Source of the DNA: a virus
Strand: one strand, 5' to 3'
DNA length: 64,000 bases
Virus genome (UHGV): UHGV-0124283
Part shown: positions 19,542-29,470 of the stretch, one piece after another
Position numbering within the stretch: position 1 is the stretch's first letter
Layout of the letters: the number at the start of each line of letters is the position of its first letter
Notes under the pieces: generated by a model
Databases searched by the model: none
Seen by the model: the letters and a program-made list of their open reading frames with translations, nothing else
Told to the model about the DNA's origin: nothing
Program-made: the position numbers and the translations under genes

Positions 19542-20423
19542 TCAGCGTCCTGAATCGGTATACCCCCATACAAAACCAGGTTGGACACTAAGGTCTGATA
19601 GCTTTTCAATCCCCACCTGTGGAATGAAGTCGGTAGCCCGAAAGGGCACCCACAGACGGGTATACGCACCCTCTGTGGACTCCTTTGTATCCTGGTTTGG
19701 GCATTTGTGCGGCGGGAGACGAAGACGCATTTCGCCTTTATCGATGTAGCACGGTAAACCATGTTCGAGCTTTTCATGAGCCAGCCGGATGTGTGCCGCC
19801 AGCTTCATAAATTCAGTATCAATGGCCATCCGTTTGATCGTTTCATAACGACGCTCAGCCTGCTCTTCACGAGTACCGCTAACATCGTTATAAAGTTCAC
19901 ACTGATAAGCGAATTCCCAAAAACGCAAATCAACGATCGCTTCTTTGAATTCCGCGTCGTCTTCAGGTGGCAATGCTGCTCGGCGCATCTCCAGCATTTC
20001 CATTGCCCAACCATCAAGCGGCACGATACGCCATTGATAAGGCACGCCCTCTACAGACACCTCAATATCGTCAATGAACGGTTCCACTTCCAGGACCTGG
20101 ATATCTTCAGCCAGAGCATTCATATCGCAATCGTAATAATGCTCTTTACCGCAATGTTTACAGGTGTAGGTAAATGTCTCGATCGGTGTTTCGCGGGAGC
20201 CAGTAAATATCCACCATAACGCGGTAATCCGGTCCTGCGCCGTCCATGTCAGGGGATCATATTTCGCGGGTTCAGCCAGCAAGGCTTTTAAATACGCCGT
20301 TGTCTGTTGTTCTTGTTCCTCCGGTGTTATCGAGTTGAAACGCATCGCATCAGCAATATTTGGCTGACGGAACTGGATCAATTCAGTTGGCCGCGATGGT
20401 AGCGGGAAAAGAGGTAAAAGCAT
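19542..20423 (-). CDS. hypothetical phage protein
   Basis: 293 aa ORF upstream of sit. Confidence 0.35.
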   Translation of the reverse strand: MLLPLFPLPSRPTELIQFRQPNIADAMRFNSITPEEQEQQTTAYLKALLAEPAKYDPLTWTAQDRITALWWIFTGSRETPIETFTYTCKHCGKEHYYDCDMNALAEDIQVLEVEPFIDDIEVSVEGVPYQWRIVPLDGWAMEMLEMRRAALPPEDDAEFKEAIVDLRFWEFAYQCELYNDVSGTREEQAERRYETIKRMAIDTEFMKLAAHIRLAHEKLEHGLPCYIDKGEMRLRLPPHKCPNQDTKESTEGAYTRLWVPFRATDFIPQVGIEKLSDLSVQPGFVWGYTDSGR

Positions 20424-20437
20424 CCTTGCTCCTTAAT

Positions 20438-21049
20438 TTAAAGCGAAAAACTAAAGCCCAGAAGGGAAGCTAAAGAACTTGAGGATTGGTTAAACGTGCT
20501 GTGCAATGCGAAGGTCATTGGGAATGACTTAAATTCCGTAACCTGATCCCGCGCATAGGTGACATCGCCGGTAGTGACCGGGAATACCGTCATCTCATTT
20601 TCCAGTTTGGTTAAACCGGAGGACAGCAACCGATAAATACGCACATTGAGCAAATATTTAGACGGTATATTCCCGGTACCGTCCGGATTGATCACCCGAC
20701 TTTTTGCCGTCTTAAACCAGTCCAAAACGAGGCCATCAACGGTATCCCTGACCATCATTGTTATCTGCCCAGGCGAACGCTCCGTTGGCTGAAGGATATT
20801 CCCTCCGCCGATTTTAATCGTTTCATATTCGATGCTGTAATCGTGGTAGGTAATGTCTTTAGCAAAGAAGTCTGCCCCCTCCAGACCATCAACTTCGACA
20901 GAGAACTGCCATCCTTGCGCGAACAGCATTTTGTTCATGATGATTGACGTCAGCTTACCAACTTCCCGCTCACCAACGCCGGAGCCAAATAATGTCGTCG
21001 TTAATGCCGAAGATACATAAGACTTTACTGAAGCAACATTAAGCCCCAT
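20438..21049 (-). CDS. hypothetical phage structural protein (possible tail tube)
   Basis: 203 aa ORF, tight spacing with neighbours. Confidence 0.35.
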   Translation of the reverse strand: MGLNVASVKSYVSSALTTTLFGSGVGEREVGKLTSIIMNKMLFAQGWQFSVEVDGLEGADFFAKDITYHDYSIEYETIKIGGGNILQPTERSPGQITMMVRDTVDGLVLDWFKTAKSRVINPDGTGNIPSKYLLNVRIYRLLSSGLTKLENEMTVFPVTTGDVTYARDQVTEFKSFPMTFALHSTFNQSSSSLASLLGFSFSL

Positions 21050-21059
21050 ATCAGCCCCC

Positions 21060-21650
<591 letters not shown>

Positions 21651-21779
21651 TTACCCGATTCTACGAGTTGTCATTTGTTACCGGTCAGTCTACACATTTC
21701 AGATGCTGCGTTAAAAAACCCAAGTACTTCAAGTAGCACATCGTCATCAACACCCAGCCCCAAGATACGGTGATAAAAT

Positions 21780-22814
21780 TCAAGCCTTAAGAGGCTTTGT
21801 GTATGTTCGTGTAATCCATCCAGTAATAAACTCGTCCCCTGATTTAACCTGCACGAAAAGCCATTGGCGATCTTTTTTATCTAAAACAGCCACTATAGTA
21901 TTTTTGCCAATGCATTCAATCACCTCACTATTTATAGAAGGACTGACGTGTAATCTTACGTTCTCACCAGTTATAAAACGAAAACCATTGAGATCTTCCC
22001 AACTAATTTCTTTGTTTTCTTTAATTAATTGTTGTTTTGATATTGGTTTATCCTCAAACAGAGATATAAAATATGATTCTGCCTTGTGTATTCCCAGCAA
22101 GGTTTTCTCTTTTCCGTAATCAATAAAAGCACCAAACACAACTTGAGAAAATATAACCATTAGTAACCATTGCAGTGGATAAGGAAGCTCTTTAAATGAA
22201 TCAACAAACTTTGAGCTAGGTTTATTTAATCCTTTATTTTGAACATTACTTTTGGTGTGTGATGTTTCAGTAGCACCTTCAGCATAAGCCTGCGCAATAG
22301 ATGAAATCCCCTGCTCTATTATTTGATGTAATGAAGCATTTCTTGTTCTAGCATAGTGATCTAGTACTTTCTTTATGTCTTGGCTTACATCTATTTTATA
22401 ACTTGCACTTTGTTGTAATTCTTTAAGTATCGCTTGCATGTTATTTAAACCAGCTTGCTTATTAAGCACCTCAAGCTGTTTTCGTAATGGCATAGCTATT
22501 TCGGCCTGTTTCCTTAGCATTTGAATATATCTATTTGCATCATGAGGGAAAAGAGCCTGAGTCTGTTTCTGTAAAATCGCGATATGTTCACGATACTTGC
22601 TGCCTATTCCAGCCAAGTTCGGTATACTAGCCAATTGTTTTCGAAGAGAGTTACTAATTACAGCTTGTCTATTCAATCTTGGCATATTTTGAAAAGAATG
22701 TTTTTCTATTCCTAATTGTTTTTGCAAGATCGCTACGTGATCTTTGTATGATGGAATGAGCACTGACTGTTTATACAGCAACTTCAACTCATTAGAATTA
22801 GTAATTTTTGTCAT
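21780..22814 (-). CDS. AT-rich accessory protein: N-terminal helical repeats, one TM helix, C-terminal SH3b-like domain
   Basis: 344 aa; three ~30-aa repeats with ILQKQ / LRKQL cores; hydrophobic LQWLLMVIFSQVVFGAFIDYG; C-terminal ...EFITGWITRTYTKPL; strongly AT-rich codons. Confidence 0.5.
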   Translation of the reverse strand: MTKITNSNELKLLYKQSVLIPSYKDHVAILQKQLGIEKHSFQNMPRLNRQAVISNSLRKQLASIPNLAGIGSKYREHIAILQKQTQALFPHDANRYIQMLRKQAEIAMPLRKQLEVLNKQAGLNNMQAILKELQQSASYKIDVSQDIKKVLDHYARTRNASLHQIIEQGISSIAQAYAEGATETSHTKSNVQNKGLNKPSSKFVDSFKELPYPLQWLLMVIFSQVVFGAFIDYGKEKTLLGIHKAESYFISLFEDKPISKQQLIKENKEISWEDLNGFRFITGENVRLHVSPSINSEVIECIGKNTIVAVLDKKDRQWLFVQVKSGDEFITGWITRTYTKPLKA

Positions 22815-22888
22815 ATTATTCCATTTCTATAATAGAATATTACGCAACCAATGTTTTATTGATTGCGTTAATCTTTAACACAGAAAGA

Positions 22889-23365
22889 TCATTTGCCTCG
22901 TTTAATACATCCATCCATTTTGGCTTGTTGATACAACTTACTTAGCCCAGAAAGAGGGAATGTAGCAATTTTTTCATTATCAACATAAGCATCAATCATA
23001 TTAGCATTTGAATCTGCTGCATCTTGCCAAAAGGCATACCACCAAGAATCTCCAACCATTGATCCAAGATTGCTAAAAGGATATTGATCACCATCTATAG
23101 TTAATACTATTTTATTCTTGTCAGCATTATACTCTTTTTTATTATTCGACGAACTTAGCAACAAGCCTAAACTACCTGCACTATCTGGTGAACCATACAT
23201 GAATCCCATATCACATAAAAAACTTATCTTATCACCATTATGATTATGGATTGTATATTCTCTCCCCCCTCTCTCTTCAATTACATTCCATTGTAGAGGA
23301 TCAATTTTTGCAAATGTTCCTGCTGAAACTAACGATACAAATAATAAAAACCATCTCATATTCAT
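22889..23365 (-). CDS. secreted/periplasmic protein
   Basis: 158 aa; signal peptide MNMRWFLLFVSLVSAGTFA; two Cys; AT-rich. Confidence 0.5.
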   Translation of the reverse strand: MNMRWFLLFVSLVSAGTFAKIDPLQWNVIEERGGREYTIHNHNGDKISFLCDMGFMYGSPDSAGSLGLLLSSSNNKKEYNADKNKIVLTIDGDQYPFSNLGSMVGDSWWYAFWQDAADSNANMIDAYVDNEKIATFPLSGLSKLYQQAKMDGCIKRGK

Positions 23366-23387
23366 TCTTTTCGCTTCTTATCTGTAA

Positions 23388-23738
23388 TTATTCTGCAATA
23401 TCATTTGCCCATTGCACGGCAGCAAAATGAGTACCCAAACCACTCAGGAAAGCAATTACCCCCAAAACAATACTTGCTGCTGTTGATTCAAACAAAGTAC
23501 CAATACTATAGCCAATAGCTCCCCATACTAAGCTAAATACAATCATCAATGGTATTGCTAGAAATTTTATTCTTAAACTAAAAATCAGTCCAAGAAAAGA
23601 ACCGCCAAAGGCCCACCATGATTTAGACATTAAACCTATCAGTATTGACAGAATTCCTATTTCAATAAAGAGAATATTAGATTGCTCTTCATTGAATTTC
23701 GCATTTGTTACACCTTTACGAACATGTTCAGATGACAT
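23388..23738 (-). CDS. small polytopic inner-membrane protein
   Basis: 116 aa with three to four hydrophobic helices; AGGAG RBS 9 nt upstream; first gene of minus-strand operon. Confidence 0.5.
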   Translation of the reverse strand: MSSEHVRKGVTNAKFNEEQSNILFIEIGILSILIGLMSKSWWAFGGSFLGLIFSLRIKFLAIPLMIVFSLVWGAIGYSIGTLFESTAASIVLGVIAFLSGLGTHFAAVQWANDIAE

Positions 23739-23787
23739 GATTAACTATCTCCTGCCACAGATAAAACGCCTTAAAATAACATTTTGT

Positions 23788-23827
23788 AGCATAAAGTTTC
23801 ACCATGCAATGGTCAAAATCTTTGACC
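23788..23827 (-). promoter_or_regulatory. sigma70-like promoter for the AT-rich operon with inverted repeat over the -35
   Basis: Minus strand TTGACC-N17-TATGCT (plus coords 23811-23816 and 23788-23793); inverted repeat GGTCAAA-atc-TTTGACC at 23811-23827. Confidence 0.4.
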
Positions 23828-23884
23828 CATATCAATTAAACTCATACATTTTAGTTACCAGAGAAATAATTTACATGGTTGCAA

Positions 23885-23901
23885 GTTGCTCTAATTATTT
23901 T
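23885..23901 (+). promoter_or_regulatory. C1-operator-like site (immI Op51 position)
   Basis: GTTGCTCTAATTATTTT versus consensus ATTGCTCTAATAAATTT. Confidence 0.45.
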
Positions 23902-24099
23902 ATTTTTTTAGCTTCATATGCTACATTAACTTGCTTGCGTGCTAATGCATTTTCGGTTTATCCTAAACAGGCATCTTAGTAACACGGATGCCGGGATTGG
24001 AACCCCGGATAATGCAAAAGGCGACATAGACGCCAAAAGCGTCTTTTTTTGTGTCATGCCATCGCACAACCATACGTAGCACATAGCTCCGAGATCAAT

Positions 24100-24175
24100 G
24101 GTAGTGCTGGCTGGGCTGCCGAAAGGCAGGCCGGTTCCCTTTTGCGCCGGTAGTTCCAACCCAGTCAGTGCTACC
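24100..24175 (+). ncRNA. c4: structured RNA upstream of icd-ant; candidate c4-type antisense repressor RNA or its precursor
   Basis: 16-bp helix (24100-24115 with 24160-24175) containing three G-U pairs that pair only in the plus-strand transcript; internal hairpin ctgcc-gaaag-gcagg. Confidence 0.35.
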
Positions 24176-24235
24176 GCCATTGAGATTGGAACCTCACGCG
24201 GTAGCTCCTTAAATTAGCAAAAGGAGGCTGCCATT

Positions 24236-24457
24236 GTGGCTACTATCCCTACCCCTACTCATCCTGAATTTATCTGGCGCTTTTACTCCTGCCAAAAACA
24301 CCACTATCACTTCGTTATCGCAGCAACAGAAGACGAAGCACGCTCTCAATTGCCTGATGGCCCCTGCATTTTTACTGCCCGTTTTTCAACTAACTCGCGC
24401 AATTCACTTAGTTACTGGAGCCTCCCCTTCTCTGCCGACGTTCAGGGGGGTTTATGA
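24236..24457 (+). CDS. icd: Icd-like small protein (cell division inhibitor of immI region)
   Basis: 73 aa; GTG start 8 nt after AAGGAGG; stop overlaps ant start. Confidence 0.55.
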   Translation: MATIPTPTHPEFIWRFYSCQKHHYHFVIAATEDEARSQLPDGPCIFTARFSTNSRNSLSYWSLPFSADVQGGL

Positions 24458-25863
24458 AAACACCTCTCGTCACCCGTAATGAAATAGCCGAAGCGATCGC
24501 CTTGCATACTGCCTGTATGCCGACACGGGAGATCCCCGGCGCAATTGCTAACTATTTCATGATAACCAGACGTTTTTATACCCGAACAGATAAGGCTGTG
24601 ATCAACAGGCTACTGATAGCCGAGATCAGGGATTATTTGATTGAACAAGGACGTCTACGTTACGCAACAGTGGCAGCAGAAATGAGAAAGGAGGCACATA
24701 GAATGACCGGTAATAATTTAAATGTTGAAAAAACAGCACCTGTTGCTTCAGCTACGCCATCACCAGCTGTGAATGTTATCTCCAACACTGGAGACACAAT
24801 CGACAGCCAGACACTGTTAAAGATGGTCAATGAAGCGCGTAAGTTATGTGGGGAACCAGAGGTTCGGAACAACAAATTCATCGAAAAAATACTCGACGAA
24901 TTAGAAGGTGAGGACGGTTACACAAAAAGTGCAACCGTGCCGCCAGGTGGCGGTACGCCTATGGTTGTCATAACCATGACCTACAAACAAGCCCTGCGAG
25001 TTGCCGCGCGCGAGTCAAAAGCGGTCCGCCGTTCGCTACATACCATGATTCAGGCATTGGAACCTATAAATGTTGAAAATCATCCTGATGAAATTCCCGT
25101 TCTGGAATGGCAGGGAGTACGCGTCGTGACAACCGAGACTCTTGCTAGAGGGTATGGCACTACACCTACTCGTATTCAGCAGAACTACAATCGCAATGAA
25201 GAACGATTTGTAGAGGGTAAACACTTCTTTAAAATCAAAGGAGATGAGATAAAAAGTTTGCGACTATCTTTTAGCGAGTTGCAAATTTCCCCCAAGACCA
25301 GATCCTTAATACTCTGGACCGAACGCGGAGCGGCACGCATGTCTAAGATCGTAGACACAGAGCAAGCGTGGGCATTCTTTGAAAAACTGGAAGACAGCTA
25401 CTTCCGGCAAAAAGAACAGCAACCGGTCGCAATCCCCCAGACGCTTCCCGAAGCTCTGCGCCTGGCTGCCGAGCTGGCTGAACAAAAGCAGCTACTGGAA
25501 CAGAAAACCCACCAGCTAAATCAACAGCTGGTGGCCGCAGCCCCTAAAGTCGATTTTGCCGACCGGGTATCAGCGGCTAATGGAATCCTGATCGGGAACT
25601 TTGCAAAGGTCGTTGGACTTAAGCAAAACGCCCTTTTCTCATGGTTGCGCCAGAACGGCATTCTCATGGCTTTTGGTGCGCGCAAAAACGTACCGCGCCA
25701 GCAGTACATTAACGCCGGGTATTTCACGGTGAAAGAAGTGGTGCTGGATGATGAAAATGGCTACCAGATACGGCTGACGCCCCAATTAACGGGTAAAGGC
25801 CAGCAGTGGTTAACTCGCAAGCTACTTGATGCTGGTTTGTTAAAACCAGTAGCAATAGGTTAA
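24454..25863 (+). CDS. ant: antirepressor (ORF6N/Bro-N-like and KilA-C domains)
   Basis: 469 aa; C-terminal ...AAPKVDFADRVSAANGILIGNFAKVVGL...LTGKGQQWLTRKLLDAGLL antirepressor signature. Confidence 0.8.
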   Translation: MKTPLVTRNEIAEAIALHTACMPTREIPGAIANYFMITRRFYTRTDKAVINRLLIAEIRDYLIEQGRLRYATVAAEMRKEAHRMTGNNLNVEKTAPVASATPSPAVNVISNTGDTIDSQTLLKMVNEARKLCGEPEVRNNKFIEKILDELEGEDGYTKSATVPPGGGTPMVVITMTYKQALRVAARESKAVRRSLHTMIQALEPINVENHPDEIPVLEWQGVRVVTTETLARGYGTTPTRIQQNYNRNEERFVEGKHFFKIKGDEIKSLRLSFSELQISPKTRSLILWTERGAARMSKIVDTEQAWAFFEKLEDSYFRQKEQQPVAIPQTLPEALRLAAELAEQKQLLEQKTHQLNQQLVAAAPKVDFADRVSAANGILIGNFAKVVGLKQNALFSWLRQNGILMAFGARKNVPRQQYINAGYFTVKEVVLDDENGYQIRLTPQLTGKGQQWLTRKLLDAGLLKPVAIG

Positions 25864-25874
25864 CAAAAGAAAAA

Positions 25875-25902
25875 AACCTGCCAGCAAACTGGCAGGTTTC
25901 TG
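25875..25902 (+). terminator. rho-independent terminator after ant
   Basis: aacctgccag-caaa-ctggcaggtt followed by tctg. Confidence 0.55.
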
Positions 25903-25940
25903 AGCAGATCGTCCAACCCGATCTGGATCGAGCCAGAAAA

Positions 25941-25958
25941 ATTTGCTCTAATAAATTT
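25941..25958 (+). promoter_or_regulatory. C1 operator upstream of kilA-repL (Op53 position)
   Basis: ATTTGCTCTAATAAATTT. Confidence 0.6.
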
Positions 25959-26027
25959 CGTTTTCTAAGTGCAAAGAATCACCATTTCGAGCTGGTGATT
26001 GAAGGTTGATGCAAATTTGGAGAAAAA

Positions 26028-26828
26028 ATGCAACAAACATTCAATGCGGATATGAATATATCAAACCTTCATCAAAATGTCGATCCTTCAACCACTCTGC
26101 CCGTTATTTGTGGTGTTGAAATTACGACCGACCGCGCTGGCCGTTACAACCTTAATGCTCTACACAGAGCGAGCGGACTCGGTGCCCATAAAGCGCCAGC
26201 TCAATGGCTAAGAACGCTGTCAGCTAAACAGCTCATCGAAGAGCTTGAAAAAGAAACTATGCAGAATTGCATAGTTTCGTTCGAAGGCCGTGGCGGCGGC
26301 ACTTTTGCCCATGAATTGCTCGCTGTGGAGTACGCAGGCTGGATTTCTCCCGCGTTTCGGCTGAAGGTAAACCAGACATTTATCGACTATCGAACCGGAA
26401 GATTACAACCTGCTATTCCGCAGAGTCTCCCTGAAGCTCTCCGTTTGGCTGCCGACCTGGCAGAGCAAAAGCAACGGCTGGAGCAAAAAATGCTTATGGA
26501 TGCACCTAAAGTCGAATTCGCTGAACGCGTTGCTACCGCCAGCGGGGTTCTAATCGGCAACTATGCCAAAGTGCTCGGCCTGGGCCAAAACTATCTCTTC
26601 ACCTGGTTGCGTGATAACGGAATTCTGATCGCAACCGGTGAACGCAGGAACGTCCCCAAACAAGAATACATATCCCGTGGGTATTTCACCCTTAAAGAAA
26701 CCGTGATCGATACAAGCAATGGAAGCAGGATTTCTTTCACGACTCGTATAACCGGCAAAGGTCAGCAGTGGCTGATGAAGCGATTGCTTGATGCTGGTGT
26801 GCTGGTACCTGTCGCGGCAACGCGCTAA
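26028..26828 (+). CDS. kilA: KilA (KilA-N plus KilA-C domain protein)
   Basis: 266 aa; C-terminus paralogous to Ant C-terminus (DAPKVEFAERVATASGVLIGNYAKVLGL...TGKGQQWLMKRLLDAGVL). Confidence 0.75.
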   Translation: MQQTFNADMNISNLHQNVDPSTTLPVICGVEITTDRAGRYNLNALHRASGLGAHKAPAQWLRTLSAKQLIEELEKETMQNCIVSFEGRGGGTFAHELLAVEYAGWISPAFRLKVNQTFIDYRTGRLQPAIPQSLPEALRLAADLAEQKQRLEQKMLMDAPKVEFAERVATASGVLIGNYAKVLGLGQNYLFTWLRDNGILIATGERRNVPKQEYISRGYFTLKETVIDTSNGSRISFTTRITGKGQQWLMKRLLDAGVLVPVAATR

Positions 26829-26857
26829 CAGACGTAGTAAGAACCACCAGCATTGTA

Positions 26858-27703
26858 ATGCTGGCTAAAGTCACTTTCCTGAGCTGTATAACGATGAGCG
26901 ATTTTACTTTTTCTGGCTATGAATTGGCCTGCTTTGTAACACACTCCGGTCTATCCCGTAGCGCCGGGCATATCCTGTCGCAATGTGCAAATCTCGCGGC
27001 AACAACCAGTGAATACTTCATTCACAAGCCTCACCGCCTGATCGCGGCAGAAACTGGTTATAGCCAATCAACCGTCGTTCGTGCATTCCGTGAAGCTGTA
27101 AACAAAGGAATCCTGTCTGTAGAGATTGTTATCGGCGATCACCGTGAACGTCGCGCTAACCTGTACCGGTTTACACCATCCTTTTTGGCCTTCGCACAAC
27201 AAGCCAAAAATGCGCTGATTGAAAGCAAATTAAAGATCTCTTCAGCGGCAACCAAGGTTAAAGCTGTTCTCGCTAAGACATTGGCTTTATTTAATTTTTT
27301 ATCCACACCCCCATGTCAAAATGATACCCCCTCCCCCTGTCAGGATGACGTGGCAATAAAGAATAAGAAGTCACAAGTTAAAAAAACAAAAAGATCAGTT
27401 TCCGGCGGTGCCGGAACGAGCAGACTCAAAAAATTGACTTCATGGATCGCTGAGACAAAAGCAAAGGCTGACAATCTGCGGTTATCCAAAAAACGCGCAC
27501 AAAAACATGAGTTCAAGCAGAAAGTAGAGGCGGCAGCGCGGAAATATGCTTACCTGAAGAACAAGCGTTCTCCTGATATTGGCGGGGTATCAAACTTCGA
27601 TAATTTGCCGCATTGCATGACGGTAAACGAAGCTCTTAATGCGGTTTTAGCCAAAAATAAAGATAACGAAAAATGGGGTATACCGGCAGGATTCAGAGGG
27701 TGA
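26858..27703 (+). CDS. repL: lytic replication initiator RepL
   Basis: 281 aa, RepL-type HTH protein directly downstream of kilA. Confidence 0.7.
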   Translation: MLAKVTFLSCITMSDFTFSGYELACFVTHSGLSRSAGHILSQCANLAATTSEYFIHKPHRLIAAETGYSQSTVVRAFREAVNKGILSVEIVIGDHRERRANLYRFTPSFLAFAQQAKNALIESKLKISSAATKVKAVLAKTLALFNFLSTPPCQNDTPSPCQDDVAIKNKKSQVKKTKRSVSGGAGTSRLKKLTSWIAETKAKADNLRLSKKRAQKHEFKQKVEAAARKYAYLKNKRSPDIGGVSNFDNLPHCMTVNEALNAVLAKNKDNEKWGIPAGFRG

Positions 27704-27753
27704 TAGATTGCTCTAATCTGGAGTCACCTGGCGTTTTCAGTTTGAGGTCGGAG

Positions 27754-27999
27754 ATGCAATCTGATTTTTTACAGTTAGCGATCGCTTTTGCAGGATATGT
27801 TTGTATTGGCTTCTGTGTATACATGATCAGCCGAAAAATGCTTGTCGATATCGACCGCAAAGAACAAGCAGAGGAGATCTTAGAATGGATTTTCTTTGGC
27901 GCGGTCTGGCCATTAGGGATCATGTTTGCTGCAACATTTCTTCTGATGTGGATATTCACCCTTCCAGGTGATTTCTATAGAAAAAAAGCCAGACATTGA
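27754..27999 (+). CDS. small membrane protein
   Basis: ATG 27754 after GAGG; two hydrophobic helices. Confidence 0.3.
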   Translation: MQSDFLQLAIAFAGYVCIGFCVYMISRKMLVDIDRKEQAEEILEWIFFGAVWPLGIMFAATFLLMWIFTLPGDFYRKKARH

Positions 28000-28181
28000 T
28001 ACAATCGTTGCGGGTGCTTGAGGCTATCTGCTTCAGGCATTACCCGAAAAGCAGATAGAAGAAAGCCCCAGATAACATTACGCGTCCTGCAAGACGCTTA
28101 ACATTAATCTGAGGCCATATCTATGCTTAGCATACGTAGATTAACCCTCTCCCCTTTTAAGGAGCAAGGAATTTTTTACTG

Positions 28182-28778
28182 CTATGCCGCATTTCCAATT
28201 ATGGATTCAGCGACCAGAACAACCCCATGCTTACTTCGATCTGGGTGTTCACTCCATATCTCGGATTCAGGAATACTTACCCCGTCATAGCAAACACGTT
28301 CGCCGTCAAACGGGTAATACTGAGCGGCATCGGTGTCAAGGATAAACACTTTTAGCTCGGAAGAGCGACGGGCGATGTGTTGCCAAAGAGCTTTTCCACC
28401 TTCGTATTGCTCATTATCACTGAGCAAAACAACACCAGCTTTTGAGGCTACGGTTTCGTAAACAAAAGTAGCTAAACCGACATCCCGGACGGTTCCATCA
28501 ACCACGATACCTTCAATCTGGGCAACATCGCTATCCTCCCAGAACTTCCTTACCAGTACGCCTTCAAGCTGCGGGCGACGTTGAAGTTCAAGAGTAGCGA
28601 CAACCTTATGGCGCATATCACCATCGATAACAGAAGGCGCAGCCTCTATTACAGCTGCAAATGGGGTTTTGGAATCCCATATAACCTGGTAAAGCACACC
28701 CTGGATGGTAACTCCGTCCAGGATCGAAAATCGACGAGCGACAGTACCCGGGGAGTACGACATTGGAATCACAGCCAT
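28182..28778 (-). CDS. hypothetical phage protein
   Basis: Start set at ATG 28778 (MAVIPMSYSPG...) with AAGGGGGA RBS. Confidence 0.4.
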   Translation of the reverse strand: MAVIPMSYSPGTVARRFSILDGVTIQGVLYQVIWDSKTPFAAVIEAAPSVIDGDMRHKVVATLELQRRPQLEGVLVRKFWEDSDVAQIEGIVVDGTVRDVGLATFVYETVASKAGVVLLSDNEQYEGGKALWQHIARRSSELKVFILDTDAAQYYPFDGERVCYDGVSIPESEIWSEHPDRSKHGVVLVAESIIGNAA

Positions 28779-28904
28779 TTTAGAGTCCCCCTTTAACAGT
28801 ACAGGCACAAACATCTACCTCAATAATTGTAGTTTATTAGAACATTAATAATCTAACATAAAACTCAAGACAATGTTATCGATGCATTCTTATATAAAAT
28901 AGTT

Positions 28905-28930
28905 ATAAAAAAAGCTCCCGAAGGAGCTTT
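28905..28930 (-). terminator. bidirectional hairpin terminator
   Basis: agctcc-cgaa-ggagct flanked by A-run and T-run. Confidence 0.5.
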
Positions 28931-28949
28931 AAAATACAAGGGATGACTC

Positions 28950-29459
28950 TTAATCCCACTCAATCCAGTTGTAGACGATACGAAGTGACGGGCGCACAGC
29001 GGCAGTCACATCTTCGGTACTAAAGTCGATTGCATCACTGTAGATTTTGCAGTCCAACATTTCAATTGTTGTAGCAGCTTTTGTCACAGCGTTAACCCCG
29101 GAAGATTTGGATTCAGGGGTAGCAGCCATCGTGATATCAACATAGTCCTTCGCCGCAATGCGATCCTTGATGAACTGAAGAATATCGCCTTCGATAGTCT
29201 CCACGCACTGGACCTGGATTTCCCCAGAGTTTCGAATTGGTCCGTGCTGGTTGAACTTCACACCATTCGGACCATAGTCCTCCACATCCTCGCGTGTCAT
29301 TTCAGGGATTTGCGACGTGCGAACCAGTACGCTGATATCTTCATGGCCTGCAAAAGTGAGCTGGAATTCAGAAGATACCAGTCGTTCGCCTTTGGCCGCG
29401 TTGGCAGTATAGCGGCCCTTAATAAATTTACGGTTTCCCTTAGTGTTATTGTGCCCCAT
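28950..29459 (-). CDS. hypothetical phage structural protein
   Basis: 169 aa ORF in late structural block. Confidence 0.4.
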   Translation of the reverse strand: MGHNNTKGNRKFIKGRYTANAAKGERLVSSEFQLTFAGHEDISVLVRTSQIPEMTREDVEDYGPNGVKFNQHGPIRNSGEIQVQCVETIEGDILQFIKDRIAAKDYVDITMAATPESKSSGVNAVTKAATTIEMLDCKIYSDAIDFSTEDVTAAVRPSLRIVYNWIEWD

Positions 29460-29470
29460 ATAAAATCCTT

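Noticed and set aside
24000-24230. Structured non-coding region considered as a retron msr/msd
   Set aside because: No reverse transcriptase ORF nearby; the downstream genes are icd and antirepressor, so a c4-type immunity RNA is the simpler explanation.
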